Assembly (NCBI GenBank): GCA_016207405.1
Contig: JACQPQ010000021.1
Coordinates: forward strand, 4,936-68,935
Source: Gammaproteobacteria bacterium
GTDB taxonomy: Bacteria > Pseudomonadota > Gammaproteobacteria > JACQPQ01
Length of the DNA stretch: 64,000 bases
Reading direction: 5' to 3'
Shown: positions 36,356 to 45,834 of the stretch, one piece after another
Numbering within the stretch: position 1 is the stretch's first letter
Layout of the letters: each line of letters starts with the position of its first letter
The notes under the pieces: generated by a model
Seen by the model: only the letters and a program-made list of their open reading frames with translations
What the model was told of the DNA's origin: nothing
Database searches by the model: none
Translations under genes and position numbers: made by a program

Positions 36356-37462
36356 GTGAATACGACCGAAGAAATTATTGAGAGTCTCCGTCAGGGCCAA
36401 ATGGTCGTCATTATGGACGACGAAGACCGAGAAAATGAAGGTGATCTGGTTATGGCAGCGGCGAGGGTGATGCCCCGCGACATCAATTTTATGGCTCGCT
36501 ACGGCCGAGGGCTGATTTGTTTAACTTTGTGTAAAGAGCGTTGTCATCAATTGCGACTGCCCCTTATGGTACAGGATAACTTTTCACGGTTTGGTACGCG
36601 CTTTACGGTTTCAATTGACGCAAGCGATGGGATTGCCACGGGTATTTCAGCTGCTGACCGTGCAGCGACCATTCAAAAAGCCGTAGCCCCCCACGCAAAA
36701 CCAGAAGATTTTGTTCAACCCGGTCATGTCTTTCCCCTCATGGCAGAGCCTGGGGGCGTGCTCTATCGAGCAGGGCATACCGAAGCAGGCTGTGACTTGG
36801 CACACCTTTGCGGGTTTTTTCCTGCTGCGGTTATCGTCGAAATTTTAAATGAGGATGGAACGATGGCAAGGCGAGCCGATCTCGAACAGTTTGCAAACCA
36901 GCATGGGCTCAAAATAGGAACCATTTCGGATTTGATTCACTATCGCTTAACCCATGAAAAAACAATCGAGCGGGTGGTTGAAACAGACTGTGAAACCGAA
37001 TACGGCGTATTTCGCCTTTTATCGTATGTGGATACCCTGCATGGGCAAAGCCATATTGCTTTCACTTTGGGAAGTATAAATCCTGATGAGCCTGTCTTGG
37101 TTCGTGTCCATTTGGAAGACTCCCTTGAAGAAGTTTTGGGTGTTAAAAAAGAAGGCGTCCATTGGTCTTTATCTTCCGCCCTGCAGAAAATAAAGCACCA
37201 TGGGCAAGGGGTTGTCGTTATTTTGGGGAAAGATAAACCCCTCACTTCTTTTGTCGAACAACAGACCCTTTCTCGAAACAAAGCACGGTTGGATGAAACT
37301 TCTCTCAATACTTTAGACGTCCGGACGATTGGGGTAGGCTGTCAGATCCTTCATGACTTGGGGGTTCGAAAAATGAAAGTGATGAGTGCCCCCAAACGGT
37401 TCCCTGGGTTGGCGGGATTTCAATTAGAAGTGGTAGAATACGTCCCTTATGTCGCATATTGA
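36356..37462 (+). CDS. ribBA: RibB / GTP-cyclohydrolase-II-like fusion (RibBA). The C-terminal domain appears catalytically degenerate.
   Basis: The N-terminal DHBP synthase motifs are present ([21 protein letters not shown]). The C-terminal half aligns with RibA but lacks the Zn-ligand cysteines (no CxxC...CDC). Confidence 0.8.
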   Translation: MNTTEEIIESLRQGQMVVIMDDEDRENEGDLVMAAARVMPRDINFMARYGRGLICLTLCKERCHQLRLPLMVQDNFSRFGTRFTVSIDASDGIATGISAADRAATIQKAVAPHAKPEDFVQPGHVFPLMAEPGGVLYRAGHTEAGCDLAHLCGFFPAAVIVEILNEDGTMARRADLEQFANQHGLKIGTISDLIHYRLTHEKTIERVVETDCETEYGVFRLLSYVDTLHGQSHIAFTLGSINPDEPVLVRVHLEDSLEEVLGVKKEGVHWSLSSALQKIKHHGQGVVVILGKDKPLTSFVEQQTLSRNKARLDETSLNTLDVRTIGVGCQILHDLGVRKMKVMSAPKRFPGLAGFQLEVVEYVPYVAY

Positions 37463-37913
37463 AGGGTATCTCAAACTTGCAGAGCCCGTACGTATTGCTA
37501 TTCTAGCCAGTCGTTGTAACCATTTTGTGGTAGATAGTTTAGTTGCAGGCGCTATGGATGCTCTCAAGCGGCATGGGTTATCCGAATCCGCAGTCGATCT
37601 GATTCATGTTCCAGGGGCTTTTGAATTACCTTTAGCAGCAGACGTTATTGCGGCGAATCGAAAGCACCAAGGGATTGTGGCCTTGGGTGCGATCGTCCGA
37701 GGGGAGACGCCGCATTTTGAATATCTTGCGGGGAGCTGTGTTCAAAGTCTTCAAGCGGTGTCTGTGAAACATGGAGTGCCGATTGGGTTGGGTGTTTTAA
37801 CGGTTAATACGGTTCCTCAGGCTATTGAACGTTCTGGCGCAAAGGCTGGAAACAAAGGGGCAGAAGCCGCTTTAGCTGTGATTGAAATGATAGATTTACT
37901 GAAGAAATTGTGA
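37449..37913 (+). CDS. ribH: 6,7-dimethyl-8-ribityllumazine synthase
   Basis: It contains RIAILASRCNHFVVDSLVAGAMDAL...VPGAFELP and has a length of 154 aa. Confidence 0.9.
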   Translation: MSHIEGYLKLAEPVRIAILASRCNHFVVDSLVAGAMDALKRHGLSESAVDLIHVPGAFELPLAADVIAANRKHQGIVALGAIVRGETPHFEYLAGSCVQSLQAVSVKHGVPIGLGVLTVNTVPQAIERSGAKAGNKGAEAALAVIEMIDLLKKL

Positions 37914-37953
37914 ACTGTTCTCAAGATGTTCCCAAACATTTCTAATATCTTGA

Positions 37954-38143
37954 GGTTCTTGGGAGAGTATTTTCTCCTCCAGTGCTCGCAAAAGTGTCCC
38001 TGCGCTCCTAGAATTTTTCAGGCCGCACACAGTCGGCATCTTGCCTCCAGTGCGCTAAAAATGCATCCTGCATTTTTGCCTGAAAAATTCTACGTCGCTC
38101 GGGACACGCGCGCACAGGAGGAGAAAATACTCTCCCAAGAACC
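37954..38143. mobile_element. MITE-like non-coding element, copy B (190 bp)
   Basis: The termini GGTTCTTGGGAGAGTATTTTCTCCTCC and GGAGGAGAAAATACTCTCCCAAGAACC are perfect 27-bp reverse complements, and they differ from the copy-A termini. The core (37981..38116) is about 88% identical to 20502..20637. The track ORF 37926..38183 merely reads through it. Confidence 0.7.
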
Positions 38144-38166
38144 TCTTCAGACTTTTAGACCACTCA

Positions 38167-39249
38167 ATGAACCGTCCTTTTAATTTTTCTGCAGGGCCTG
38201 CGATGTTGCCGGATGAAGTGCTTAAGACGGCACAAGAAGAACTGATCTCTTGGCAGGGGAAAGGCGTATCGGTTATGGAGGTAAGTCATAGAAGCGAAGC
38301 TTTTATGACGCTTGTCCAACAAACAGAGCAGGATCTAAGAGCACTTTTAAACATTCCAGAGCATTACAAAGTATTTTTTATGGCAGGAGGGGGATCGGGA
38401 CAGTTTGCAGCTGTGCCACTCAATCTTTTGGGCGTGAAAAAGCAAGCGGATTACCTTATCACAGGAACTTGGTCAGAAAAGGCTAGAAAACAAGCCGAAC
38501 TGTACTGCACGCCCAATATCGTTGCTCATGCAGAAGACACACAGTTTAAAGCGGTTCCGCCTGTTGCCACTTGGAAATTAAATCGAAATGCGGCTTATTT
38601 TCACTTTACTCCCAATGAGACTATTCATGGGTTAGAATACCACGAACTGCCTGTAACCGTAGAAACCCCCATCGTTGCGGACATGACCTCTAATCTTTTG
38701 TCAAGACCACTTGAGGTTTCTCATTATGGTGAGATCTATGCGGGAGTTCAGAAAAACATGGGGCCTGCTGGGCTTGCCGTTGTTATCGTGCGGGAAGATC
38801 TCGTCAATAACCCTTTGCCCATAACGCCTTTTATCTTAAATTATGGTTTACAGGCCAAGGAACATTCCCTACTCAATACACCGCCCACTTTTATACTCTA
38901 TATGGTGGCGCTCGTCTTAAAATGGGTGATTGGCCAAGGGGGGGTGTCCGCTATGGCTCTTCGTACTCGCCGTAAGTCGGAGAAGCTTTATCAGGCTATT
39001 GATCTCTCTCCCTTTTATAGGAATTCTGTCGAACCCGCTTATCGTTCGTGGACCAATATTCCGTTCACTCTGGTTAATCCGAAACTTGAAACGTTATTTT
39101 TGAACGAGGCAGAAGCGGAAGGGTTATTTGGATTAAAGGGACATCGTCTAGTTGGTGGGATAAGAGCGAGTCTGTATAATGCCATGCCTGAGAGTGGTGT
39201 TGACGCATTGATTCACTTTATGCGTGAATTTGAAAGAAAACGAGGTTAG
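38167..39249 (+). CDS. serC: Phosphoserine aminotransferase
   Basis: It has the N-terminus MNRPFNFSAGPAMLP, a PLP fold and a length of 360 aa. Confidence 0.9.
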   Translation: MNRPFNFSAGPAMLPDEVLKTAQEELISWQGKGVSVMEVSHRSEAFMTLVQQTEQDLRALLNIPEHYKVFFMAGGGSGQFAAVPLNLLGVKKQADYLITGTWSEKARKQAELYCTPNIVAHAEDTQFKAVPPVATWKLNRNAAYFHFTPNETIHGLEYHELPVTVETPIVADMTSNLLSRPLEVSHYGEIYAGVQKNMGPAGLAVVIVREDLVNNPLPITPFILNYGLQAKEHSLLNTPPTFILYMVALVLKWVIGQGGVSAMALRTRRKSEKLYQAIDLSPFYRNSVEPAYRSWTNIPFTLVNPKLETLFLNEAEAEGLFGLKGHRLVGGIRASLYNAMPESGVDALIHFMREFERKRG

Positions 39250-39339
39250 CGAAAGTGGCGGAACTGGCAGACGCGCTGGGCTTAGAACCCAGTAGGGTAA
39301 TCATCCCCTGTGAGAGTTCGAGTCTCTCCTTTCGCACCA
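39249..39339 (+). tRNA. tRNA-Leu (anticodon TAG), type II with long variable arm
   Basis: The acceptor GCGAAAG pairs with CTTTCGC. The anticodon stem is CTGGG/CCCAG with loop CTTAGAA. The T-arm is GAGAG-TTCGAGT-CTCTC and CCA is encoded. It starts at the last base of the serC stop codon. Confidence 0.85.
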
Positions 39340-39370
39340 AAGGGTTAACCGATATTTAAGGGGATTTTCC

Positions 39371-40681
39371 ATGCAAGTTTCAGTTGAACATTTATCCGCG
39401 CTCGAACGGCGATTGACGGTTCAGTTTCCCACAGAAACCATTCAAGAGAACATTCAAAAACGGTTATCCGAATTACAAAAAAAAGCGGTGATTAAAGGCT
39501 TTCGTCCGGGTAAAGTGCCCCTCTCGCTCGTAAGAGAGCGCTATACGCGCCAAATTCGAGAAGAAGTTGCACAAGAACACCTGGATGCCACCTGGAAAGA
39601 GGCATTTAGGGAAGCAGATCTGCATTCTGTGCATGCCCCCGTGTTAGAGTCCCTAGACTCCAATGCAGAAAGGGTGGAATACAAGCTCTGGTGTGAGGTG
39701 GCGCCTACTGTAGAACTTCAAGATCTCGCAACGTTAGAAATTGAAAAGCCGGCGGCTTCTATTACAGAAGAGGATATTGCAGAGGAAATTAAAACATTGC
39801 AGTGGAACAAGGCAGAATGGGTAAAAGTTGAACGTCCTCCCCAACAAGGGGATGAAGTCGTTTGTCATTTTACTGTCCAAACGGGTGAAGAAGCGTTTGC
39901 TGCGTTGAATCAAACCTATACCTTTAAAATGGGTGGTGACCTTATCCCACCTCCTCTTGAAAAAGCTTTAAAGGAAGAAGGCTCTCCAGGAAAAACACTG
40001 TCTGTGAACATTATTCCCAAAAAAGAAGAGGCGTTTCCTTTTAAGTTCTACGCAGATAAAACGCTTCGGCTTTCTGTAGAAATCAAAGCAGTACGGTCCC
40101 CTATTCTTCCAGAATTGAATGAGAATTTTTTTAAATCCTTTAACTCGGAAATCTCTGATTTCGAAGGTTTTCGATCTCATCTACACAAGCAAATGAGCAC
40201 ACGTTTAATAAGCTGTATAGAAGAAAAACAAATGAAAAATATTTGCCAGGTGTTGCTGGATGCTCATCCCCTTCCCGCGCTTCCTAAAACACAGGTTGCC
40301 GAAGAATTTTTGGGATTCAAACGGAATTATTTATCTTTTCAAAAATGGTTAGCTCGATCTTCTGGTTCTTCTGGCGAAGAATTTCCTGAAGAAGTAAAAA
40401 ATAATTTGGAAGCTAAAGCACGTAACCAAGTCGCCTTGAATTGGGTGATGAGGAAAATAATCGACACTTACTCTATTGTTGTCGATGAAAAAGAAATGCA
40501 AGCAGAATGGGAAATTCATCTTCGCGAACATCCATCACAAGAAGAGAAAGAACACAATAAAGAAGAATTACTTCAGGGAATACGCGCCAAACTGCTTGAA
40601 AAAAAAATATTCGAAACACTCTTGGCTCAGGCAAAATGTGTTGAAAAGAACTATTCTTATAAAGAGCTTGTGAAAGACTAA
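39371..40681 (+). CDS. tig: Trigger factor
   Basis: The N-terminus MQVSVEHLSALERRLTVQFP matches Tig. The length is 436 aa and the gene lies upstream of clpP-clpX. Confidence 0.9.
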   Translation: MQVSVEHLSALERRLTVQFPTETIQENIQKRLSELQKKAVIKGFRPGKVPLSLVRERYTRQIREEVAQEHLDATWKEAFREADLHSVHAPVLESLDSNAERVEYKLWCEVAPTVELQDLATLEIEKPAASITEEDIAEEIKTLQWNKAEWVKVERPPQQGDEVVCHFTVQTGEEAFAALNQTYTFKMGGDLIPPPLEKALKEEGSPGKTLSVNIIPKKEEAFPFKFYADKTLRLSVEIKAVRSPILPELNENFFKSFNSEISDFEGFRSHLHKQMSTRLISCIEEKQMKNICQVLLDAHPLPALPKTQVAEEFLGFKRNYLSFQKWLARSSGSSGEEFPEEVKNNLEAKARNQVALNWVMRKIIDTYSIVVDEKEMQAEWEIHLREHPSQEEKEHNKEELLQGIRAKLLEKKIFETLLAQAKCVEKNYSYKELVKD

Positions 40682-40716
40682 TGGATTGCCAGTTTTATTA
40701 AGGAGGCCACCGGATT

Positions 40717-41364
40717 ATGACAACCTTCCGAAGGAAGACCGTATCTACCTATTCTAGCTACGTACCCATGGTCATTGAGCAATCTTCTCGCGGAGAAAGA
40801 GCTTATGACATTTACTCACGCTTATTGAAAGAACGGGTGATATTTTTAGTGGGAACGTTAGATGAGCATGTGGCGAATGTCATCGTCGCTCAACTTTTAT
40901 TTTTGGAATCTGAAAATTCAGATAAAGATATTTATTTATATATTAATTCTCCAGGGGGCTCTGTGAGTGCAGGTATGGCGGTTTATGACACGATGCAGTT
41001 TATTAGACCGGCGGTGAGTACCTTGTGTGTAGGACAAGCGGCGAGTATGGGGGCCCTCCTTCTTGCGGGAGGAGAAGCTTCCAAGCGGTTTTGTTTACCG
41101 CATTCCAGAATTATGATCCATCAACCCTTGGGGGGGTTCCAAGGCCAAGCTTCCGATATTGCGATTCATGCGAATGAAATACTCAAAATCCGAACACGCT
41201 TAAATTCTATTTTGGCAAAACATACGGGTAAAACGGTCGAACAAGTGAGCAAGGATACCGACCGAGATTATTTTATGAGTCCAGAAGAAGCGTTGGAATA
41301 TGGGCTTATAGATGCCATACTGACTCGAAGAGAATCAGCAAATGAACGACGAGAAAAGTCCTAA
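40717..41364 (+). CDS. clpP: ATP-dependent Clp protease proteolytic subunit
   Basis: It has [29 protein letters not shown] and the catalytic-triad context (GQAASMG, HQP). Confidence 0.9.
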   Translation: MTTFRRKTVSTYSSYVPMVIEQSSRGERAYDIYSRLLKERVIFLVGTLDEHVANVIVAQLLFLESENSDKDIYLYINSPGGSVSAGMAVYDTMQFIRPAVSTLCVGQAASMGALLLAGGEASKRFCLPHSRIMIHQPLGGFQGQASDIAIHANEILKIRTRLNSILAKHTGKTVEQVSKDTDRDYFMSPEEALEYGLIDAILTRRESANERREKS

Positions 41365-42688
41365 AATTCATAAAGCCTTCCATTGTTCTTTTTGTGGGAA
41401 AGGTCAGAATGAAGTTCATAAATTAATAGCGGGGCCTTCTGTTTTTATTTGCGATGAGTGCGTCAAACTTTGCACTGACATTATTTCAGAAGAGTTGAAA
41501 GAAAATAAACAACTGGGCGTTCACGCGGGGCTCGCAGTGCCTGCCGAAATTAAAACCTTTCTAGATGACTATATCATTGGACAGGAACAAGCTAAAAAAG
41601 TACTCTCTGTTGCGGTTTATAATCATTACAAGCGTTTGTTGTACCAACCAGAAGGTGGCAGCAAAGCATTGGGCGCTTCTTCCCAAAATTCCGTTGAACT
41701 AAGCAAAAGTAATATTTTACTGATTGGTCCTACCGGGAGCGGAAAAACATTATTAGCCGAAACGCTTGCCCGTTTTCTGAATGTTCCTTTTGCGATTGCG
41801 GATGCGACAACCCTCACAGAAGCCGGTTATGTAGGAGAAGATGTTGAAAACATCATTCAAAAACTTCTGCAGAAGTGTGCATTTGATGTTGAGAAAGCCA
41901 AGAAAGGAATTGTGTATATTGATGAGATCGACAAACTATCCCGAAAATCCGAAAATCCTTCCATCACTCGGGATGTTTCTGGCGAAGGGGTGCAGCAGGC
42001 GCTTCTAAAATTAATGGAAGGTACGACCGCGTCTGTTCCCCCGCAAGGCGGTCGAAAACACCCTCAACAAGAATACCTACAAGTAGATACCACGCACATT
42101 TTGTTTATCTGTGGGGGTGCTTTTGTAGGGCTTGAAAAAATCATCCGTGCCCGTTCTGACCAAACGGGCATTGGGTTTTCTGCCCAGTTATCTTCTGCCA
42201 AGCATCCCAAGGATTTAGAGGCAACCCTTGAAGCCGTTGAACCTCAAGATTTAATCAAATACGGGATGATCCCCGAGTTTGTAGGCCGGCTGCCTATTGT
42301 CACCACCTTACATGAACTGGATGAATCCGCATTGGTTCGAATTTTAAAAGAACCTAAAAATGCGCTTATCAAGCAATATAAAAAATTGTTTGAACTGGAA
42401 CAAGTGGAATTAGACCTTCGAGAGGATGCGCTGGGCGCCATTGCAAAGCGCGCCATGCAAAGAAAAACCGGTGCACGAGGCTTGCGGTCCATTTTGGAAA
42501 AAGTTTTGCTCGATACGATGTATAAGTTACCGTCTTTAAAGTCTTTGAAAAACGTATCCAAAGTGGTAGTGGATGCTTCTGTCATTTATGAAAAAACAAA
42601 ACCTCTTTTTATTTATCAGCCCATCGATAAAAAAGCCAAAGAGAATAGAGAAAAGGAAGAAGTCGCAGTAGGTCGGATTCAAGCGTAA
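41342..42688 (+). CDS. clpX: ATP-dependent Clp protease ATP-binding subunit ClpX
   Basis: It has the zinc-finger [27 protein letters not shown], Walker A GPTGSGKT, and the GFSAQ and IPEFVGRLP motifs. Confidence 0.95.
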   Translation: MNDEKSPKIHKAFHCSFCGKGQNEVHKLIAGPSVFICDECVKLCTDIISEELKENKQLGVHAGLAVPAEIKTFLDDYIIGQEQAKKVLSVAVYNHYKRLLYQPEGGSKALGASSQNSVELSKSNILLIGPTGSGKTLLAETLARFLNVPFAIADATTLTEAGYVGEDVENIIQKLLQKCAFDVEKAKKGIVYIDEIDKLSRKSENPSITRDVSGEGVQQALLKLMEGTTASVPPQGGRKHPQQEYLQVDTTHILFICGGAFVGLEKIIRARSDQTGIGFSAQLSSAKHPKDLEATLEAVEPQDLIKYGMIPEFVGRLPIVTTLHELDESALVRILKEPKNALIKQYKKLFELEQVELDLREDALGAIAKRAMQRKTGARGLRSILEKVLLDTMYKLPSLKSLKNVSKVVVDASVIYEKTKPLFIYQPIDKKAKENREKEEVAVGRIQA

Positions 42689-42701
42689 ACGCAGATCTGA
42701 G

Positions 42702-42732
42702 TAGGGTGGACAAAGCGAGCGGTCCACCAATT
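42702..42732. repeat. REP-like palindrome TAGGGTGGACAAAGCGAGCGGTCCACCAATT (minimal copy)
   Basis: It lies 13 bp after the clpX stop. This is the canonical form of the family. Confidence 0.7.
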
Positions 42733-42740
42733 TTAAGGAA

Positions 42741-43322
42741 TCACAATCCCATCGGAAGTCCCACCCCCATTTGAATCAAAGGCCGAGCAACCAGGATACT
42801 TAAAAGTTGCAAGGCAATTAGAATCACTACGGGAGAAATATCGATAATACCGAATGGAGGGATGAGTCGCCTCACCCTGTTTAAAAGAGGTTCGGTGAGC
42901 TGATGGATGAGAGACAAGAAAGGATTAAAGGTGTGAGGAGATATCCAACTCGCTATCACCCGTATAAGAATCGAAAAGAAGTAAATCTGGATAGCGAGTT
43001 GGATGGATTCTCCCAAACCGCCGACCAAAAATCCAACGACTCGGATAGCCATTCCAGATAAAAGCGCAATCAAAAAGAATCGCAAACCTTCGAGCGCGAT
43101 TATGATGCAAAAGCAAGCGACATTGAACTTTCGAACCGAAGGAATGAAAGACACGATGGAAATGAGGGGACGCGAGAGCCTCATAAAAAACTGAGAAATA
43201 GGGTTTCCCGTATCCGCATTTACCGCTTCTAATAAAAAGCGCATCATAAAAACAAAACTTGCCGCACCAAAAAAAAGAGTGATCAAAAAGAAACTGGCTT
43301 CAGTCATGGGATGTGTGATCAT
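42741..43322 (-). CDS. yggT: YggT-family integral membrane protein
   Basis: It is 193 aa with four TM helices and lies immediately downstream of proC, as in Pseudomonas. Confidence 0.65.
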   Translation of the reverse strand: MITHPMTEASFFLITLFFGAASFVFMMRFLLEAVNADTGNPISQFFMRLSRPLISIVSFIPSVRKFNVACFCIIIALEGLRFFLIALLSGMAIRVVGFLVGGLGESIQLAIQIYFFSILIRVIASWISPHTFNPFLSLIHQLTEPLLNRVRRLIPPFGIIDISPVVILIALQLLSILVARPLIQMGVGLPMGL

Positions 43323-43342
43323 AAATATAATCCTTCAAATTC

Positions 43343-44167
43343 TTATTCTTCCACAAGTCCTAACTGTTTAGACCGAAGAAAAGCGGCGCGGACTGCCTTT
43401 TGAATAATTTCTTTTGTCCTAGCGGCATTCAAAACCTTAAATGCCGCTTCTGTGGTCCCTCCTTTTGAAGTCACTTGTGCTCGGAGGTGAGAAAGTTTTT
43501 TCTTAGTTTTTAAAGCCAGTGTAGCCGAACCGAGAGCCGTTTGTACAACCAACGTGTGGGCCATGGGTGAGTGCAATCCCAATTCAATAGCAACCGCCTC
43601 GAGGGCTTCCATCAACCCCAAAAAATAGGCAGGGCCACTGCCAGATATGGCGGTTACAACGTCTAAGAGGGCTTCATCCTTTATCCATGCCGTGCATCCT
43701 ACGGATTGCATTATCGCTTCGGCCAATCGTTTTTGCTGCACCGATACGGCTCTCGTTGCATACAGAGCCGTCATACCTTGGCCAATCAAGGCTGGTGTAT
43801 TCGGCATAGAGCGGACAATAGCGCCTGTTTTTAAACCCAATACTTTTTGAATCGTTTGGGTACGCACTCCTGCCACGATAGAGAGAATAAGAGGTAGTTG
43901 TTTTTTGATAAAGACGGCAATGCTTTTCGCGGCTTCTCTCAAATGCTGTGGTTTGACTGCAAACACAATGATCTGACTTTCTTTTGTAACGGTCATATTA
44001 TCCAAGGAAGTGTGTATGCCGAATTTCCGATGGAGACGAGTGAGCTTGTAACGGTTCGGATCGCTCGCCCCTATATTTTTAGGATTGCAGCCCGCATGAC
44101 ATAAGCCAGTAACCAAACTGCTTGCCATGTTACCGCCACCGATGATCGCAATTTTAGGAATGATCAT
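43343..44167 (-). CDS. proC: Pyrroline-5-carboxylate reductase
   Basis: It has the Rossmann motif IAIIGGGNMASSLVTGL and a length of 274 aa. Confidence 0.9.
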   Translation of the reverse strand: MIIPKIAIIGGGNMASSLVTGLCHAGCNPKNIGASDPNRYKLTRLHRKFGIHTSLDNMTVTKESQIIVFAVKPQHLREAAKSIAVFIKKQLPLILSIVAGVRTQTIQKVLGLKTGAIVRSMPNTPALIGQGMTALYATRAVSVQQKRLAEAIMQSVGCTAWIKDEALLDVVTAISGSGPAYFLGLMEALEAVAIELGLHSPMAHTLVVQTALGSATLALKTKKKLSHLRAQVTSKGGTTEAAFKVLNAARTKEIIQKAVRAAFLRSKQLGLVEE

Positions 44168-44822
44168 ACTGTTTTAGCCATGGGATCAACTCTTTGATAG
44201 TATCAATACACCCCACTGGCGCAAAGGGTAACAGCTGTTCGCGACTGCGGGTCCCATAGCTCACGGCTAAAGCAGGGACTTTGGCGGAAGTTGCCATTTC
44301 AAGGTCGTATTCGGTATCTCCTATCATAAGTGCTTCTTCAGGGCCCACTCGCATTTCTTTGAGCAATTCGTAAAGCATGCGAGGGCTGGGTTTCGATTCC
44401 GTCTCATCGGCTGTTCGCGTGGAAATAAAAAAGGAAGATAAATTATGAATTTTTAGGGATTTTTCAAGTCCTTGGCGGTGTTTCCCGGTAGCGATGGCTA
44501 ACTGATATTCGCCTTGCAAAATTTTTAACACATCCAGCACACCCTCAAAAAGCGTTTCAGGGTGAATGACCGCTTCATCCCATGTTTTCCAATAGATTTC
44601 CCGATATTTTTGCATCAAAGTAGCTCGTTCATTGGGTGTCGCGCCAGGCGCGATCGCGTCAATCGATTCTACAAGACCCAATCCAATGACTTTTTTAATC
44701 GCGATGTCTTCTGGAATAGGCTGGTTTAATTCCGCTGCAGCCTGTTGAACACAGAAAACAATATGAGCGGTGGAATTAACGAGTGTGCCGTCCCAGTCGA
44801 AGATTAAAAGTTTTAATGGCAT
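44154..44822 (-). CDS. HAD-family phosphatase (phosphoglycolate phosphatase-like)
   Basis: It has HAD motif I (LLIFDWDGTLVNS) and motifs II/III (GD.EYD). The length is 222 aa. Confidence 0.65.
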   Translation of the reverse strand: MPLKLLIFDWDGTLVNSTAHIVFCVQQAAAELNQPIPEDIAIKKVIGLGLVESIDAIAPGATPNERATLMQKYREIYWKTWDEAVIHPETLFEGVLDVLKILQGEYQLAIATGKHRQGLEKSLKIHNLSSFFISTRTADETESKPSPRMLYELLKEMRVGPEEALMIGDTEYDLEMATSAKVPALAVSYGTRSREQLLPFAPVGCIDTIKELIPWLKQYDHS

Positions 44823-44825
44823 AAG

Positions 44826-44855
44826 GGGTTAGTGGTTAGTGATTAGTGGTTGGTG
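44826..44855. repeat. (GGTTAGT/GATTAGT)x4 heptamer array
   Basis: The sequence is gggttagtggttagtgattagtggttggtgg. On the minus strand this is (CCACTAA)n. It encodes the RluC C-terminus (TPPTTNH) and stop and ends 4 bp before the next gene's ATG. Confidence 0.65.
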
Positions 44856-45813
44856 GAGTCGGTAGGAGAGGCGCAAGCAGACGAACCAGGCATTTTTTTA
44901 ACTCCTCAGGCAATGGGGCCGTAATATTCATAACTTTCTTCTTATCTGGCAGCTTAAAAGCGATTTGATGCGCATGCAAAAACAATCGTGCTAAGCCATA
45001 TTGGCGCATGTGTTGATTAAACTTTTTGTCCCCATATTTTTCATCTCCGGCTATTGCGTGACCTATCGCTTGTGCATGGACGCGGATCTGATGCGTGCGT
45101 CCTGTATGGGGCCGCACTTCTACTAAGGTCGTTTCCTTGTAGACATTGATGGGGGTAAAAGTTGTATGAGCCATTTTACCTTCTTTTTTCACACAAACCA
45201 TTCGTTCACCCGAAACCAGTTGGCTTTTAAATAAGGGGAGTTCTACATTTTTGTGTTTGAAAGAACAGTGTCCTTTCAGCAAGGCGAGATAGATTTTTTG
45301 TACAGTCCCATGTACAAACTGTTCATGAAGATATTTTAAAACGCTTCTTTTGCAAGCAAATAGCAAACACCCAGAGGAGTCTTTGTCCAACCGATGGACT
45401 AATTCCAATGAGGTGTTTTCTGAGATCATTTTCCGAATAATATCGATAATACTATAAGCAAGCCCACTGCCTCCTTGGACGGCGAAACCAGACGGTTTAT
45501 TGATGACGAGTATATTTTCATCTTTATGGAGTATGGAGGCTTGAAATAATTGAAGAACGCGAGGCGGAATTTCAGGAATCGTAGAAGGTTCAGGAAGACT
45601 AAGGGGTGGAAGGCGGACTTCATCGCCTTCCGCTAAATGGTAGCTGGGCTTCACCCGTTTTTTGTTTACTCGCACCTGCCCCGTTCGTATTAAACGATAT
45701 AGGGCACTTTTGGGTAGCCCTTTTAACCGACTCTTTAAAAAATTATCCAAGCGTTGGTTGTAAAACGAAGGAGCAACGGAAAGGATAGAAACAGGGGTTT
45801 TGGTAGGGTACAT
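44836..45813 (-). CDS. rluC: 23S rRNA pseudouridine synthase, RluC-like
   Basis: It has an S4 domain (LDNFLKSRLKGLPKSALYRLIRTGQVRVNKKRVKP) and the catalytic HRLDKDSSG. Confidence 0.7.
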   Translation of the reverse strand: MYPTKTPVSILSVAPSFYNQRLDNFLKSRLKGLPKSALYRLIRTGQVRVNKKRVKPSYHLAEGDEVRLPPLSLPEPSTIPEIPPRVLQLFQASILHKDENILVINKPSGFAVQGGSGLAYSIIDIIRKMISENTSLELVHRLDKDSSGCLLFACKRSVLKYLHEQFVHGTVQKIYLALLKGHCSFKHKNVELPLFKSQLVSGERMVCVKKEGKMAHTTFTPINVYKETTLVEVRPHTGRTHQIRVHAQAIGHAIAGDEKYGDKKFNQHMRQYGLARLFLHAHQIAFKLPDKKKVMNITAPLPEELKKCLVRLLAPLLPTPPTTNH

Positions 45814-45834
45814 AGGGCTATTTGCTGAAGTTAC

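Noticed and set aside
37926-38183. 85-aa ORF
   Set aside because: It coincides exactly with MITE-like copy B and is a read-through of a non-coding repeat.
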